This document shows positions 44,196-53,900 of a DNA stretch of 64,000 bases, piece by piece. The position numbers and the translations under genes were made by a program. Source of the stretch: a virus. Location: positions 96,001-160,000 of the IMG/VR virus record IMGVR_UViG_3300050821_018577. One strand, 5' to 3'. The notes beneath the pieces are model-generated. The model did not search any database. It was not told where the DNA came from and saw only the letters and a list, made by a program, of their open reading frames with translations. Numbering within the stretch: position 1 is the stretch's first letter; each line of letters opens with the position of its first letter.

Positions 44196-45809
44196 ATGAA
44201 GAACGAAAGTGGGCTAAGTAAGAATCAAATTATTGCTGAGCTAACGAAGAGTCCGCACGGCGCGTTGCACGAATACATTCCGACCGCCAAAGCGGCCGCG
44301 GAACAGCATGGCGAATTTTTCGCACACCTGATTTCCTGGAACCGCGTCAAGGGCCAGGTTGACGACGCAAAACTGGCGTTGCCGGCTGTGTCCTTGTTCG
44401 CATCCGGATATCCCGAGGAGTTTGTAGAAAACTCGCTGGCCCATCTGACCATGCTCAATCCGCGCGACATGCTCAAGGTCCTGCGTTTTGTTCTCGACCT
44501 TCGCGCTGGCAAGGCAGCGGTTATCGAGAAAACGACAACGGTTCGCGGCGGCAAAAAACAGCTACAGAAGAAATTGACCTACGTGGCTGTGCCGGCCATG
44601 CGTCTGCGCAGTTTGACGCGATTCTCGGACGTGCTTGCCATTTCCTTGCTCGAACGCGAGAAGAACTGGCCGCGCTGGGAACGCACTATGCTCCAGCACC
44701 GCAGAGTGCTCCAGGAGTTGTTTGGCATCCTGCACGTCAAGCCGAATAACCAGAAAACCAAGGCATGCTTGTACCGTTCGGACAAAGTCGACGGCAAGCG
44801 GATCGATTTGCCGTATCCCCAGGGCGGTCTGTTTGAGGCCGTCAGCCATCTCAAAGACATGAGCGCCGCAGAAGCGGCCGGAACCATTATGACACGCAAG
44901 ATTCCGTTCCTGGTTGCGCTCGGAGCACTCGGCCCGAAGTCCAAGGAACCGGATCTCGTGTTGGCGCTCATCAAATCGATGACGGCAACCGAGCTCGTCA
45001 CCAACACCAAGATGCTCGAGGATTTGGGCATCAAGACCAATCCGGCATTGCGCGGCGCTTTCCAGGAAGCTCTCGAAAAGGCCGGCAAGAGCAAAGCGAA
45101 TTTGCTCAAGACCACAACGGCCGCAGAAGCCATGGACGATGAAGATTTGAAAGCGCGTCTACAAGGTCTGCAAGAGAAGCAGATTCAGGCGCACGGCGGA
45201 ATCGATGGCAATTGGCTTGTGCTCGGCGACAAATCGCCAAGCATGGCTCACTCCGTTGAATTCGCCAAAGAAGTTGCCGGCACACTGACCAAGATGGTGA
45301 AAGGTCGCGTATGGCTGGTGTTCTTCGACAGCCTTCCAATGACTGTCGATGTCACCGGCCTGACCTTGGACCAAATCAAGAAGGCCACGAAGCACATCGG
45401 AGCCGGAGGTTCAGGCACATCGATCGGAGCCGGCTTGCAGCGTATGCTTGATGAAAAAGCGGAAGTCGACGGCATTGCAGTTGTGAGCGACGGTGGGGAA
45501 AACGGCACTCCGTACTTCGCTCAAACGTATCAAAAATATTGCAAGCTATTCGACAAGGAGCCAACGGTGTATTTTTATCAGTGCTCCGGCGACCACGATG
45601 TGTTCAGCAATTCGATGAAGTCTGCCAATTTGGACATGCAGACTTTCGACCTGCGCAATGCGTCACCGGCTGACCGCTACAGCTTGCCGAATTTGGTCAG
45701 CACTATGCGTTGCAATCGGTACAGCATGGCCGACGAAATTATGGCCACAAAACTTTTGCAGTTGTCCGATGCTTACAAGCACGGCACTGTGAAAACAGCC
45801 AGCGCATAA
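44196..45809 (+). CDS. TROVE/Ro60-like protein with C-terminal vWA domain
   Basis: Helical N-region; MIDAS-like DKSPS, GTSIG, VSDGGEN; size and architecture match Ro60/Rsr. Confidence 0.65.
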   Translation: MKNESGLSKNQIIAELTKSPHGALHEYIPTAKAAAEQHGEFFAHLISWNRVKGQVDDAKLALPAVSLFASGYPEEFVENSLAHLTMLNPRDMLKVLRFVLDLRAGKAAVIEKTTTVRGGKKQLQKKLTYVAVPAMRLRSLTRFSDVLAISLLEREKNWPRWERTMLQHRRVLQELFGILHVKPNNQKTKACLYRSDKVDGKRIDLPYPQGGLFEAVSHLKDMSAAEAAGTIMTRKIPFLVALGALGPKSKEPDLVLALIKSMTATELVTNTKMLEDLGIKTNPALRGAFQEALEKAGKSKANLLKTTTAAEAMDDEDLKARLQGLQEKQIQAHGGIDGNWLVLGDKSPSMAHSVEFAKEVAGTLTKMVKGRVWLVFFDSLPMTVDVTGLTLDQIKKATKHIGAGGSGTSIGAGLQRMLDEKAEVDGIAVVSDGGENGTPYFAQTYQKYCKLFDKEPTVYFYQCSGDHDVFSNSMKSANLDMQTFDLRNASPADRYSLPNLVSTMRCNRYSMADEIMATKLLQLSDAYKHGTVKTASA

Positions 45810-45850
45810 AAGCTGGCATGGAACTAAATCTAAGAAAGGAGAATAAGAGC

Positions 45851-46156
45851 ATGCTCAGTGTATTGAAGTCTTTTACCTCGAATGCACGGTTTGAAACGGA
45901 AGAGCTTGTTGAGCTCTCCGCCTTCGGCCGGCTGCTTGAGGCAGAATTCAAACAGCTGGGCGTTGAAACTCCCGAATGGCTTGGCAATCAATTGAAAGCC
46001 GTCACTCGGGAAATCAAGACGCGAAACGCTGATGCCATTGCGAACAAAATTCGCTCGGCAAAGGCTCGTCTTGCAGCGCTCGCAACACCCGATGAGCGTC
46101 GTGCCGCACTCAACGACGAAATCAAGAAACTCGAAGAACAATTCGCTCAGGCGTAA
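45851..46156 (+). CDS. small coiled-coil protein
   Basis: AAGGAG RBS; directly after the TROVE-like gene. Confidence 0.55.
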   Translation: MLSVLKSFTSNARFETEELVELSAFGRLLEAEFKQLGVETPEWLGNQLKAVTREIKTRNADAIANKIRSAKARLAALATPDERRAALNDEIKKLEEQFAQA

Positions 46157-46287
46157 GCACCGCCTGACGTGTCCATGTCCCTGTGGTCGCAAGTTTTGGC
46201 CACGCCTCCACAGGGACGGGACACCCATGCAAACGTATTTTTCCGACTCCTGCAAAAATCGAATGGCCCAGGCCAGGTTTCGCAAGA

Positions 46288-46836
46288 ATGGCAAAAAGCG
46301 ACAAGGTCTTAATCATAGGTCCCATGCTCTCCCCAGGCATCATCCTCATTAGCCCCAAATATCCGCATAATGTGGCGGCCACTATCCGTGCGTGTTCCTG
46401 CTTCGGTATTCCCTCCTTGTTCTGGACCGGCTCCCGCGTGAACCCTAGCCAATATGACCGGCTTCCGCGCGAAGAACGCATGAAGGGCTATCGGGATGTG
46501 ACGTGGATCCACAGCGACAGGCCATTCGACCATTTTAAGAATATCTGGCCAGTCTGCGTTGAGATTCACGAAGGATCGGTCGCACTTCCTGATTTCGTTC
46601 ATCCCAAAAATGCAGTGTACGTTTTCGGTCCGGAGGATGGCGGCGTTCCCCAGGTGATGCGGCGCCTCTGTTTTTCCTTTGTGCACATTCCATCATTCCA
46701 TTGTCTGAACTTGGCTGCCGCAGTCAATGTAGTGCTCTACGACCGGGCGATGAAGGAACATCCGGCGGCGAGCATGAACGTCGCTAAGCACGAGGTCCGC
46801 GGAGAGATTCCAATGCCCGGATGGGATGGAAAGTGA
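46288..46836 (+). CDS. SpoU/TrmH-family RNA 2'-O-methyltransferase
   Basis: PHNVAATIRACSCFG, VFGPEDGG, CLNLAAAVNVVLYD. Confidence 0.85.
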   Translation: MAKSDKVLIIGPMLSPGIILISPKYPHNVAATIRACSCFGIPSLFWTGSRVNPSQYDRLPREERMKGYRDVTWIHSDRPFDHFKNIWPVCVEIHEGSVALPDFVHPKNAVYVFGPEDGGVPQVMRRLCFSFVHIPSFHCLNLAAAVNVVLYDRAMKEHPAASMNVAKHEVRGEIPMPGWDGK

Positions 46837-46968
46837 AGTTTGTTTTAACATAAGCGTTACTAGAATAAGTACAAAAGATTTATAGAATATGGTTTATTTT
46901 TCCGTTAGCCTTGCCGTAGTCGGCCGAGTCCGGAGAAGTTCCCGGAGCGAGAGCGGCTTGTTACGAGC

Positions 46969-47202
46969 AAAATCAAACGCATCTTCTATGCCATCTGGCT
47001 CTTCCTATTAGTTCTTCTGTCTGGATGTTCTGCTGCCAAACGTCCTCTTGCTGCCCACGTCGTGGTACCGCGTCCGTGTCTCATCAAAATGGAGTTGACT
47101 GACCAGAGTGAATGCCACGGTCCGGATTCGGCTCATCTGATTTGTGGCAACGTCACCATCACCCGCAAAACCGATTGCGAGCAATTGGCGGTGGAGCGAT
47201 GA
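46969..47202 (+). CDS. putative lipoprotein, start codon unclear
   Basis: Open frame KIKRIFYAIWLFLLVLLSG|C..; in-frame TAG upstream and no ATG/GTG/TTG before the lipobox. Confidence 0.35.
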   Translation, partial: KIKRIFYAIWLFLLVLLSGCSAAKRPLAAHVVVPRPCLIKMELTDQSECHGPDSAHLICGNVTITRKTDCEQLAVER

Positions 47203-47435
47203 ATTGCTGCGTCTGTAAAAAGAATCCCAAAGTTCAAGGGCTGCAGCTTTGCCAATCTTGCGTGCGCAAATTTATCAAACATGATTCGACCTCGAAACCG
47301 TTTCTGGATCCGCCGAAGCCTGAACCGACTCCCGACATTCGCGGCAAGAACAATAACGACAGCGGCCGCGGGCTCGAAATACCAGAAGCCACTTCCGCTG
47401 CAGGCGTACCTCTACCCAAACGCGCCCATGCCTGA
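47199..47435 (+). CDS. Zn-finger hypothetical protein
   Basis: ATGA-coupled; CCVC..LCQSC. Confidence 0.4.
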   Translation: MNCCVCKKNPKVQGLQLCQSCVRKFIKHDSTSKPFLDPPKPEPTPDIRGKNNNDSGRGLEIPEATSAAGVPLPKRAHA

Positions 47436-47446
47436 TACAATGCCGC

Positions 47447-47523
47447 TGCGCGGTGGAGCAGCCCGGTAGCTCGTTGGGCTCATAACCCAAAGGCCGTCAG
47501 TTCAAATCTGACCCGCGCAACCA
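47447..47523 (+). tRNA. tRNA-fMet(CAT)
   Basis: GGG/CCC anticodon stem; U1-A72; CCA. Confidence 0.85.
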
Positions 47524-47540
47524 AATTTTGGAGAGTAACA

Positions 47541-47825
47541 ATGCCCCACTACGCAGACGGTACGGTCGCAAAGGTTGGAGACCTGGTGCAGATTGTTGCC
47601 GCGAACCAATCGCAGAAAGTGCTTGGCGCTCTGGTTTCTATTACTCCGGGATCGACGAGCTGCAACGGCCAAGTGCTTCCGTTTGCGCGGAAGTACGGCG
47701 ATTATGCGTGGGTGCCAGTTGCCTCTCCGTATCTCGATTGCATCACAATCTCCGATTTGCTTCCGGTCGCGCCGGTCGATACCCGCGTGCCCGCGGAACC
47801 CGCCACAGCACCAGTCCCGGCATAA
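47541..47825 (+). CDS. hypothetical protein
   Basis: GGAG RBS; lies between tRNAs. Confidence 0.55.
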   Translation: MPHYADGTVAKVGDLVQIVAANQSQKVLGALVSITPGSTSCNGQVLPFARKYGDYAWVPVASPYLDCITISDLLPVAPVDTRVPAEPATAPVPA

Positions 47826-47832
47826 CAAACTT

Positions 47833-47906
47833 CGGGCCATAGCTGGAAGGTCAAGCACAGCGTTTGGGACGCTGCGAATCCCGTTCGATTCGGGATGGCC
47901 CGACCA
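47833..47906 (+). tRNA. tRNA-Pro(TGG)
   Basis: Cloverleaf, CCA. Confidence 0.85.
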
Positions 47907-47913
47907 ATCTTGT

Positions 47914-47988
47914 AGGGGAGTAGCCGAGTGGCAAGGCGCTCGTTTCGGGTGCGAGAGACCGGGAGTTCGATTCTCCTCTCCCCTACCA
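47914..47988 (+). tRNA. tRNA-Pro(CGG)
   Basis: Cloverleaf, CCA. Confidence 0.85.
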
Positions 47989-47991
47989 CTT

Positions 47992-48558
47992 TTAATTGAG
48001 CCCCGGCCGCGCATTGGCTGGAAGCCGCTTGGTCATCACAACCTGCAGGTCGGTCGCAGCATTGACGTAGTGTTTGAGCCAGAACGAGCGCGTCTCTTCG
48101 TTGCGGCCGGCCGTATCGGCTTCCACGCTGTACCCATAGGAAAAATCGAAGTCGCAGGCTACCTGGTATTCGATCCGGTTTGTTTCGCGCCATTGCTTGT
48201 TGAAATAGAGAAAGCTGGCCTCGCAAATCGGCGGCCAAGCGTGCATGAAATCCTGGACGGCACGCATGTGATTGTAGTAGGGCACCGAAAGAGACAGCTT
48301 GCCGGTCGGAATCAGAAGTCGGTAAATCTCGTCCATAAATTTTCCGCGCAAGTGGCCCGGGACTAGATGGAACATATGCTCACAGACAATCTCTTCGACC
48401 GTTTCATCAGCATATTGAAAAGAAGGAAACGAAGATTTGTCGAGGCCTAGGTCAATCTTCGTGAAACCATCTGGCACGTTGCCACGGCCAAAATAGAGTT
48501 TGGATTTTACCAGTGGTAATACCGCCACGGCTTTTTGTTTGTGATTTCCCTTTACCAT
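47992..48558 (-). CDS. class I SAM-dependent methyltransferase-like protein
   Basis: LYFGRG..DLG..DETVEEI.CEHMFHL..EIYRLL.PTG..VPY; D.TH-like DFMH. Confidence 0.65.
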   Translation of the reverse strand: MVKGNHKQKAVAVLPLVKSKLYFGRGNVPDGFTKIDLGLDKSSFPSFQYADETVEEIVCEHMFHLVPGHLRGKFMDEIYRLLIPTGKLSLSVPYYNHMRAVQDFMHAWPPICEASFLYFNKQWRETNRIEYQVACDFDFSYGYSVEADTAGRNEETRSFWLKHYVNAATDLQVVMTKRLPANARPGLN

Positions 48559-49241
48559 ACGATTCCTGTACTTGGGTCATAATGACCGACGCGCACGCGC
48601 GTATCGCAAGCGAATCGGAAACCGTGGCCGGCTGCAGTGTTGTAGAACCAGAGGTCTTGCGAAAAGCATTTATCCTTTTCCTGCACGGTCTTGAACCAGG
48701 GCTTTGGCATCTTCTTGAACATCGCAATCTTAAAGAGGTTGAAGCCCATTCCGAGGCCGTTGCAATGCTGCAAGGTATCGGGCCGCGGAACTTGCGGAAT
48801 GAAATTACGCGGCATGACTGTAGGATCTCCATAAATCATTGGCTGGCCGGCCTCGCCTTTGGTCCAATAGAGCCCGCCGACGCCATCATACTGTTCCATG
48901 CCTTCGTATAATTTAATGAGGCCGTCCGGAGGTGGAATGTTGTCGTGCTCTACGGTGAGCAGATATTTGAATTTTGCGAGCGCAGGATTATCGAGGATCA
49001 TTTCGACCGCTTTGTTATAAGCATCGCCCACTTCCATATCGGTTAGGAAGATGGGCCCCACAAATTGCTGGTTCATCGGCCGTTGCAAACCAATCCAGGA
49101 CGAAACCACTTTGGCATCGAGTTTTCCGGTGGGGCTTGGCGTGACCCAAACCGTGGAAAGGTCCTTGTAGCTCTGGCCTTTGACCAGCCGGTTGATGGAC
49201 TTGTCCAACTGCTGATTGTGAAAACCGATGTCGCCGCTCAT
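48552..49241 (-). CDS. GT-A (GT2-like) glycosyltransferase
   Basis: YLLTVEHDN (DxD-like), CNGLGMGFNLF, SQDLWFY..DTRVRVGH. Confidence 0.7.
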   Translation of the reverse strand: MSGDIGFHNQQLDKSINRLVKGQSYKDLSTVWVTPSPTGKLDAKVVSSWIGLQRPMNQQFVGPIFLTDMEVGDAYNKAVEMILDNPALAKFKYLLTVEHDNIPPPDGLIKLYEGMEQYDGVGGLYWTKGEAGQPMIYGDPTVMPRNFIPQVPRPDTLQHCNGLGMGFNLFKIAMFKKMPKPWFKTVQEKDKCFSQDLWFYNTAAGHGFRFACDTRVRVGHYDPSTGIVW

Positions 49242-49759
49242 TCTTCGTCCTTAATTTGGATCCGGCGCTTGCCATCCAGGACAAGCGTAGCCCATTCCTC
49301 GGATGGTTTGACAATATCTTTCGCAGCTTTGTCCTGCATGCACCGGCGGCATTCACAATCCGCCCCGTGAGCCAAGACGAACGATGTTCCGGGATGGCTT
49401 GACCCTACAAACGGAAATGGAAATGTGGTCGCCGTAGCTGCATAAGACATCGTTGAAAATTGCTGTGGCAACCCTGTCACCGTTCGTAATGGTCCCCAAC
49501 AACCGTCGACGGAAACTGCACTAAGTGGCGGGTCGGGAACAACGCCGAAGCCAGCGCCGAAGCCGCTCGCCGCTCGCTGGTCAGGAACTATGTTGTAGTC
49601 CTCTGTCGGCCTAACCGGAAGTGGCACGTCTCCAGGAGTATTTGTTCGTGCAGGTCTTAAAAACGGATTGCGTGCGATAGGTGCGACCTCGGGGCTGTGA
49701 ACATTTGCAGTGTCTGGAGGATTTACTCGTCTCGGTCTGCGTTTCCAGAATGCTGTCAT
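49238..49759 (-). CDS. hypothetical Pro-rich protein
   Basis: ATGA-coupled in the minus-strand operon; C-terminal LDGKRRIQIKDE resembles the end of the 37945 protein. Confidence 0.45.
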   Translation of the reverse strand: MTAFWKRRPRRVNPPDTANVHSPEVAPIARNPFLRPARTNTPGDVPLPVRPTEDYNIVPDQRAASGFGAGFGVVPDPPLSAVSVDGCWGPLRTVTGLPQQFSTMSYAATATTFPFPFVGSSHPGTSFVLAHGADCECRRCMQDKAAKDIVKPSEEWATLVLDGKRRIQIKDEE

Positions 49760-50253
49760 TTAGCGACCAGTTCCACGCCGTATTGCAAACAAAGAGCTGT
49801 CCAAGGTTCCAATACTTGCTGGGTAGGATACCACGAACCATCCTCTTCGCGGTCAAGGGGCATAGCGACTCTGACCCATTTTGCGTCAAGGATAATAACA
49901 GCGAGAATGCTTCTGCTTTCGCAGACCAGCCGGACGGCCCTTTGCACGGGGACGCTTCGTGGGATCGACGGAATGTAGTTGCCGATGTTCCCTCCCAATT
50001 CCTCAAGTACGGACTGAAATGTGTCCGGCCGGTGAATATCCTCGCCATCGAGATAGGGGCAGCGGAATACGCGGCAATTGTGTGGATATTGTTCGTCATT
50101 GTGAATGGCGCAACCTTCAAGCTCAAAGTCGCAATGTGTTTGGGCAGGTTTCAGAATTTTTAGGTCGGGATGTTGCGGAATGTCCTCGACCGCGAACGAC
50201 CAGCAGCAGAATGAACAACCATCGCATTTAGACATCTCGTTCACTGCGCACAA
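49756..50253 (-). CDS. YkgJ-like CxxCxxCC Zn/Fe-chelating protein
   Basis: CDGCSFCC..C..GC.IH..P..CR.F.CP; the start may be 50244 or 50235. Confidence 0.6.
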   Translation of the reverse strand: MCAVNEMSKCDGCSFCCWSFAVEDIPQHPDLKILKPAQTHCDFELEGCAIHNDEQYPHNCRVFRCPYLDGEDIHRPDTFQSVLEELGGNIGNYIPSIPRSVPVQRAVRLVCESRSILAVIILDAKWVRVAMPLDREEDGSWYPTQQVLEPWTALCLQYGVELVAK

Positions 50254-50978
50254 AATAACTGAATCGTAGCCTGTTTAGGAGTTCCGTTCGTCACGGTGAT
50301 TTTGAATCCAAGGATGTCGTAGGCCGCGACTGAGGTAGTCCATCCAGTCAGTGTCGTACTATAGATTGCCGTTCCTGTCGAAATGGCCGGGGTGGCTGAC
50401 GCCGTGATTGAGGCCGTAGGAACCGCAGTGCCAGTCGCTATTTTTAATACGTCAATCGTCAACGTACCAGCGTCAACCATGATGGCCCAGCCCACAATGG
50501 TGCACGAAAATGGCACGGTTAGGTATCCGACTTGGTTCACAACAAGCGCGGAAGCGCTCGTGGCGTTCGCGTCTCCAAACGCGAATCCGATTGCGCGGAC
50601 CGCTCCGACGCCGCCTTGCGTTGTGTAGTTTGTTCCGTCGTCGTAGACTTCCACCGCCATGTTGGTCGTCAGCGTGATAGACGCTGCGCCGTTGACCGTT
50701 CCCGAGGATGGGCTGAGTGTCAGCGTACCAAGGCCGATATTCTTAAGCTGGAACACCGTGCCAGTCGGGCAGGTCGACGCCGTCGGCAGGGTATAGGTGT
50801 ACGCGCTCGCGCTGTTGACAACAACCAGCTGCAACGATTCCGCGCACGTGCCCGAATGCGGCGAACCAGCAGTTAACGTCGTCACGCCATTGACCATACG
50901 CGAGACATTCTGTGCAAATAGCGATGGCGCAGCGAGAACACACAATAGTAGAAACTTCAAAGCGTTTTTCATTTTCAT
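50241..50978 (-). CDS. signal-peptide fibre/accessory protein, paralog of the 5839 gene
   Basis: GGAG RBS; MKNALKFLLLCVLAAPSLFA|Q; same two-module layout. Confidence 0.65.
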   Translation of the reverse strand: MKMKNALKFLLLCVLAAPSLFAQNVSRMVNGVTTLTAGSPHSGTCAESLQLVVVNSASAYTYTLPTASTCPTGTVFQLKNIGLGTLTLSPSSGTVNGAASITLTTNMAVEVYDDGTNYTTQGGVGAVRAIGFAFGDANATSASALVVNQVGYLTVPFSCTIVGWAIMVDAGTLTIDVLKIATGTAVPTASITASATPAISTGTAIYSTTLTGWTTSVAAYDILGFKITVTNGTPKQATIQLFCAQ

Positions 50979-53900
50979 CAACTCCCTGCCAAACAAAACC
51001 ACGGCTGGTTGAAAACCTGCGACCCGCTTATCGTGATATTTGTCGAAGTCAAAGTGATGGCTGCCGGGATGCCTCCGGTGGACATGATGCCAGCTAAGAA
51101 CTGCGATGGGAAGGCGGTACTGAAAACACTTCCGGTATTTTGAACGCTAAAAACCGTATCGGCAGGATTAATCCCGGTCAGCGTCGTGCTTCCGAGAGCT
51201 GCAAGACCTACGTTGGTTACGGCCGACAACGACCCGCTTGCGGTAAAGAACGACCCCGCGAGCAATCCGCCTGAGCTGAGAACGTTGATTCCTAATGTCC
51301 CGGCATTGCTCAAGACAGAAACCGTGGTCGTGCCGGTGATATGAGAACCGGCCACTGTTCCGAGGGTCGATACGATATTAGAATTTGCGCTAGCACCGAC
51401 CAGCGCGATAGTTTCCGATTTTGCCGTGCCCGTTGCGGAAATGGATGCGGCCGAATTGAATGACGACAACGAACCAGAGGAAGCACTGATAGTGAAAGCG
51501 CTGGCGTTTCCGGAAGTCGATAAGGCCAAGAACGCGGCGCCATAAGAACTGATTCCGGTCACAGCCGAACCGGCGACCAATCCGCCAGACGTATTTACGC
51601 TGGCAACCGATGGCGCAACTGTGAAAGCGGTAATCGCTGTCGAAGTCGAGGCGGTGAGGGCCGATGCTGCCAGCAAGCCGCCAGAGGACATAGCACCCAA
51701 GGTGGCCGAAGTGACGCCGGTGGCCGCGGCGACCTGCGTGGTGCTGGTGAACAATCCATCTGCGCCATACAGCGATACCGACCAATTGGTGCTCGACGCC
51801 GAAAAATTCAATAAGTGCCCGACAACATATTCGCCAGCAGTTGTGCTAGTGGAACCAAAGGTCATCGGATGGACCAGCGGTCCCGACCAGCCACCTTGGA
51901 ACTGCGTTAGCGATGTCGCTCCGGCCGTTGTAGACGTACCGCTCGACCAGGACCACGAACTGGAGATGCTAAGCACGGAAGTCAATTGCGTGCTGTTCAC
52001 AAAGGAATAGAGCACAAGCGATTGACTCATTTGGCCGGCGCCGGAGTTGGTGACGGCGAACGAGATGTTATGCGCCAGGTCCACTTCGGTCAGTGTCATA
52101 GCTGCGGGTAAGAAGACTCGCTGGAGCAAGAGCGAGCTCCCGAAGCTGTTGGCTGTCGAAGTCGCTCCGGATGTGACCACCCCGCTCACCTGAACGTTAT
52201 TGACCATGCCAAAGCTATGATTTTGGAAAATACTAATCTTGGATGCCAGCGAATCGTTCAGTCGTCTGGTTGTCAAAGCCCCGGCAGAGGTAACTCCAAT
52301 AGTCCAGAGATACGATGGACTTTTGATTATGAAGCCGGTTGGATTCGCACCGCTGAACGTGGTGGAGGTTGTTGTCAGTGCTCCCGCAATGCTGACGCCA
52401 ACAATCCAAGATGTGGTAAGGCCGGCATCGTCCAGTGTGAGCGTGCTCAGATTGCCGTATGTAACGGTAGCGGTGTGCAACACGCCGTTGTCGTCAATCG
52501 TCACCGACCAGAGAACGCTGTTGGAATCCTGCAATATGAGGGAAGTCGGGACCGTCGGAGCAGGACCGATGACCGTCACGGCAGGGTTGGTGCTGAGTTG
52601 TGACAATGTGATGTTGCTGCCGGCCACAAGCGCGAATGCGGAAGAGGAAGCTGTATTCGCGGTGCCGCTTGTGGCTCCTCCGCTGGTCGTTGTAACCGAC
52701 ACTAGCGTCGAGTAGCTGCTGGCCGACACAGAAATAGTCATCGAGTTCACAGCTGTAGCTGTTTGCAAACTGACATTGGCACCCGCCGCAAAGGCCAAGG
52801 ACAATGCTGTTCCGGCGATACTCGTTCCCGATGCACTGAAAGTGTTTGTTCCTGCCGCCCCGGCGCCAGGGGCTGGCCCGATAATCGTGATGGAAGGATT
52901 TGTGCTCAATTGGCTCAACGTGATGTTGCTGCCAGCCACCAAAGCGAACGCCGATGAAGAAGCCGTGTTTGCGGTACCGCTCGAGGCTCCGCCCACCGTC
53001 GTACTAATCGAAACCAAAGTTGAATAGCTGCTGGCGGAAATTGTAATGGTGCTGGCCGCTTGGCCGATGCCAATGTTGGCGCCTGCGGAAATCGACATCG
53101 CGCCTGTCGACCCGTTGAGACTCGACACAACGCTCGACCCGGAAATGGAAACAGTCATGGCTCCTACGGCCGTGGCAGTTTGCAAGCTGATGTTCGCGCC
53201 AGCCGCCAGGGCTAGAGAAATAGCCGTCCCCGTAATGCTCGTCCCGGATGCGCTTATCGTTTGCGTTCCGAGCGGAACGGCAGTCTGCGAATAAGAAATC
53301 ACCCCGCCGGTCGTACTCAGTCCGAGGCCTCCACCGGCCGAATAGGTTGGCCCCAAAATAGACAGTACGCTGCTGGTAGTCGATGCCGTTCCAATGGTGG
53401 TGCTTTGAGAAAGAACGAATGGGGAGATAGCCTGAAAAAATACCGTGCCATTGGTGATGACAGAGCTGGTGCCCGAAGTATTTCCCGAGATTTGAATCGC
53501 GGAGATACCAGGTTGTATTGTTTGCGCAGCGTCGGGTGCTACTGAAAGTTGCAGCACTCCAGCGCCGTTTGAGGAAACAGTTAGATTTACCCCAGACACG
53601 GTGATCGGTCCCGAACTCAGCGAGCCGCTAGGGCCGATACTGCTTACGATGTTGCCTTGCAATGTTTGTGAATAGGAAATCGTGCCGCCAGTGGTGCTCA
53701 AGCCCAGACCGCCGCCTGCGGAATATGCTGGCCCGAAAATAGACAGCACGCTGCTGGTAGTTGACGCCGTTCCCGTGGTAGTGCTCTGCGACAATCCAAT
53801 CGGAGAAACGGCTTGGACAAATACGGTGCCGTTGGTAATGACTGAACTGGTGCCGGATGTGTTGCCAGACATTTCGATAGCTGAAATGCTCGGCTGAATG

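Noticed and set aside
46169-46224. Strong hairpin GTCCCTGTGG/CCACAGGGAC between the coiled-coil gene and SpoU
   Set aside because: No U-tract and no family resemblance; the structure is real but its function is unsupported.
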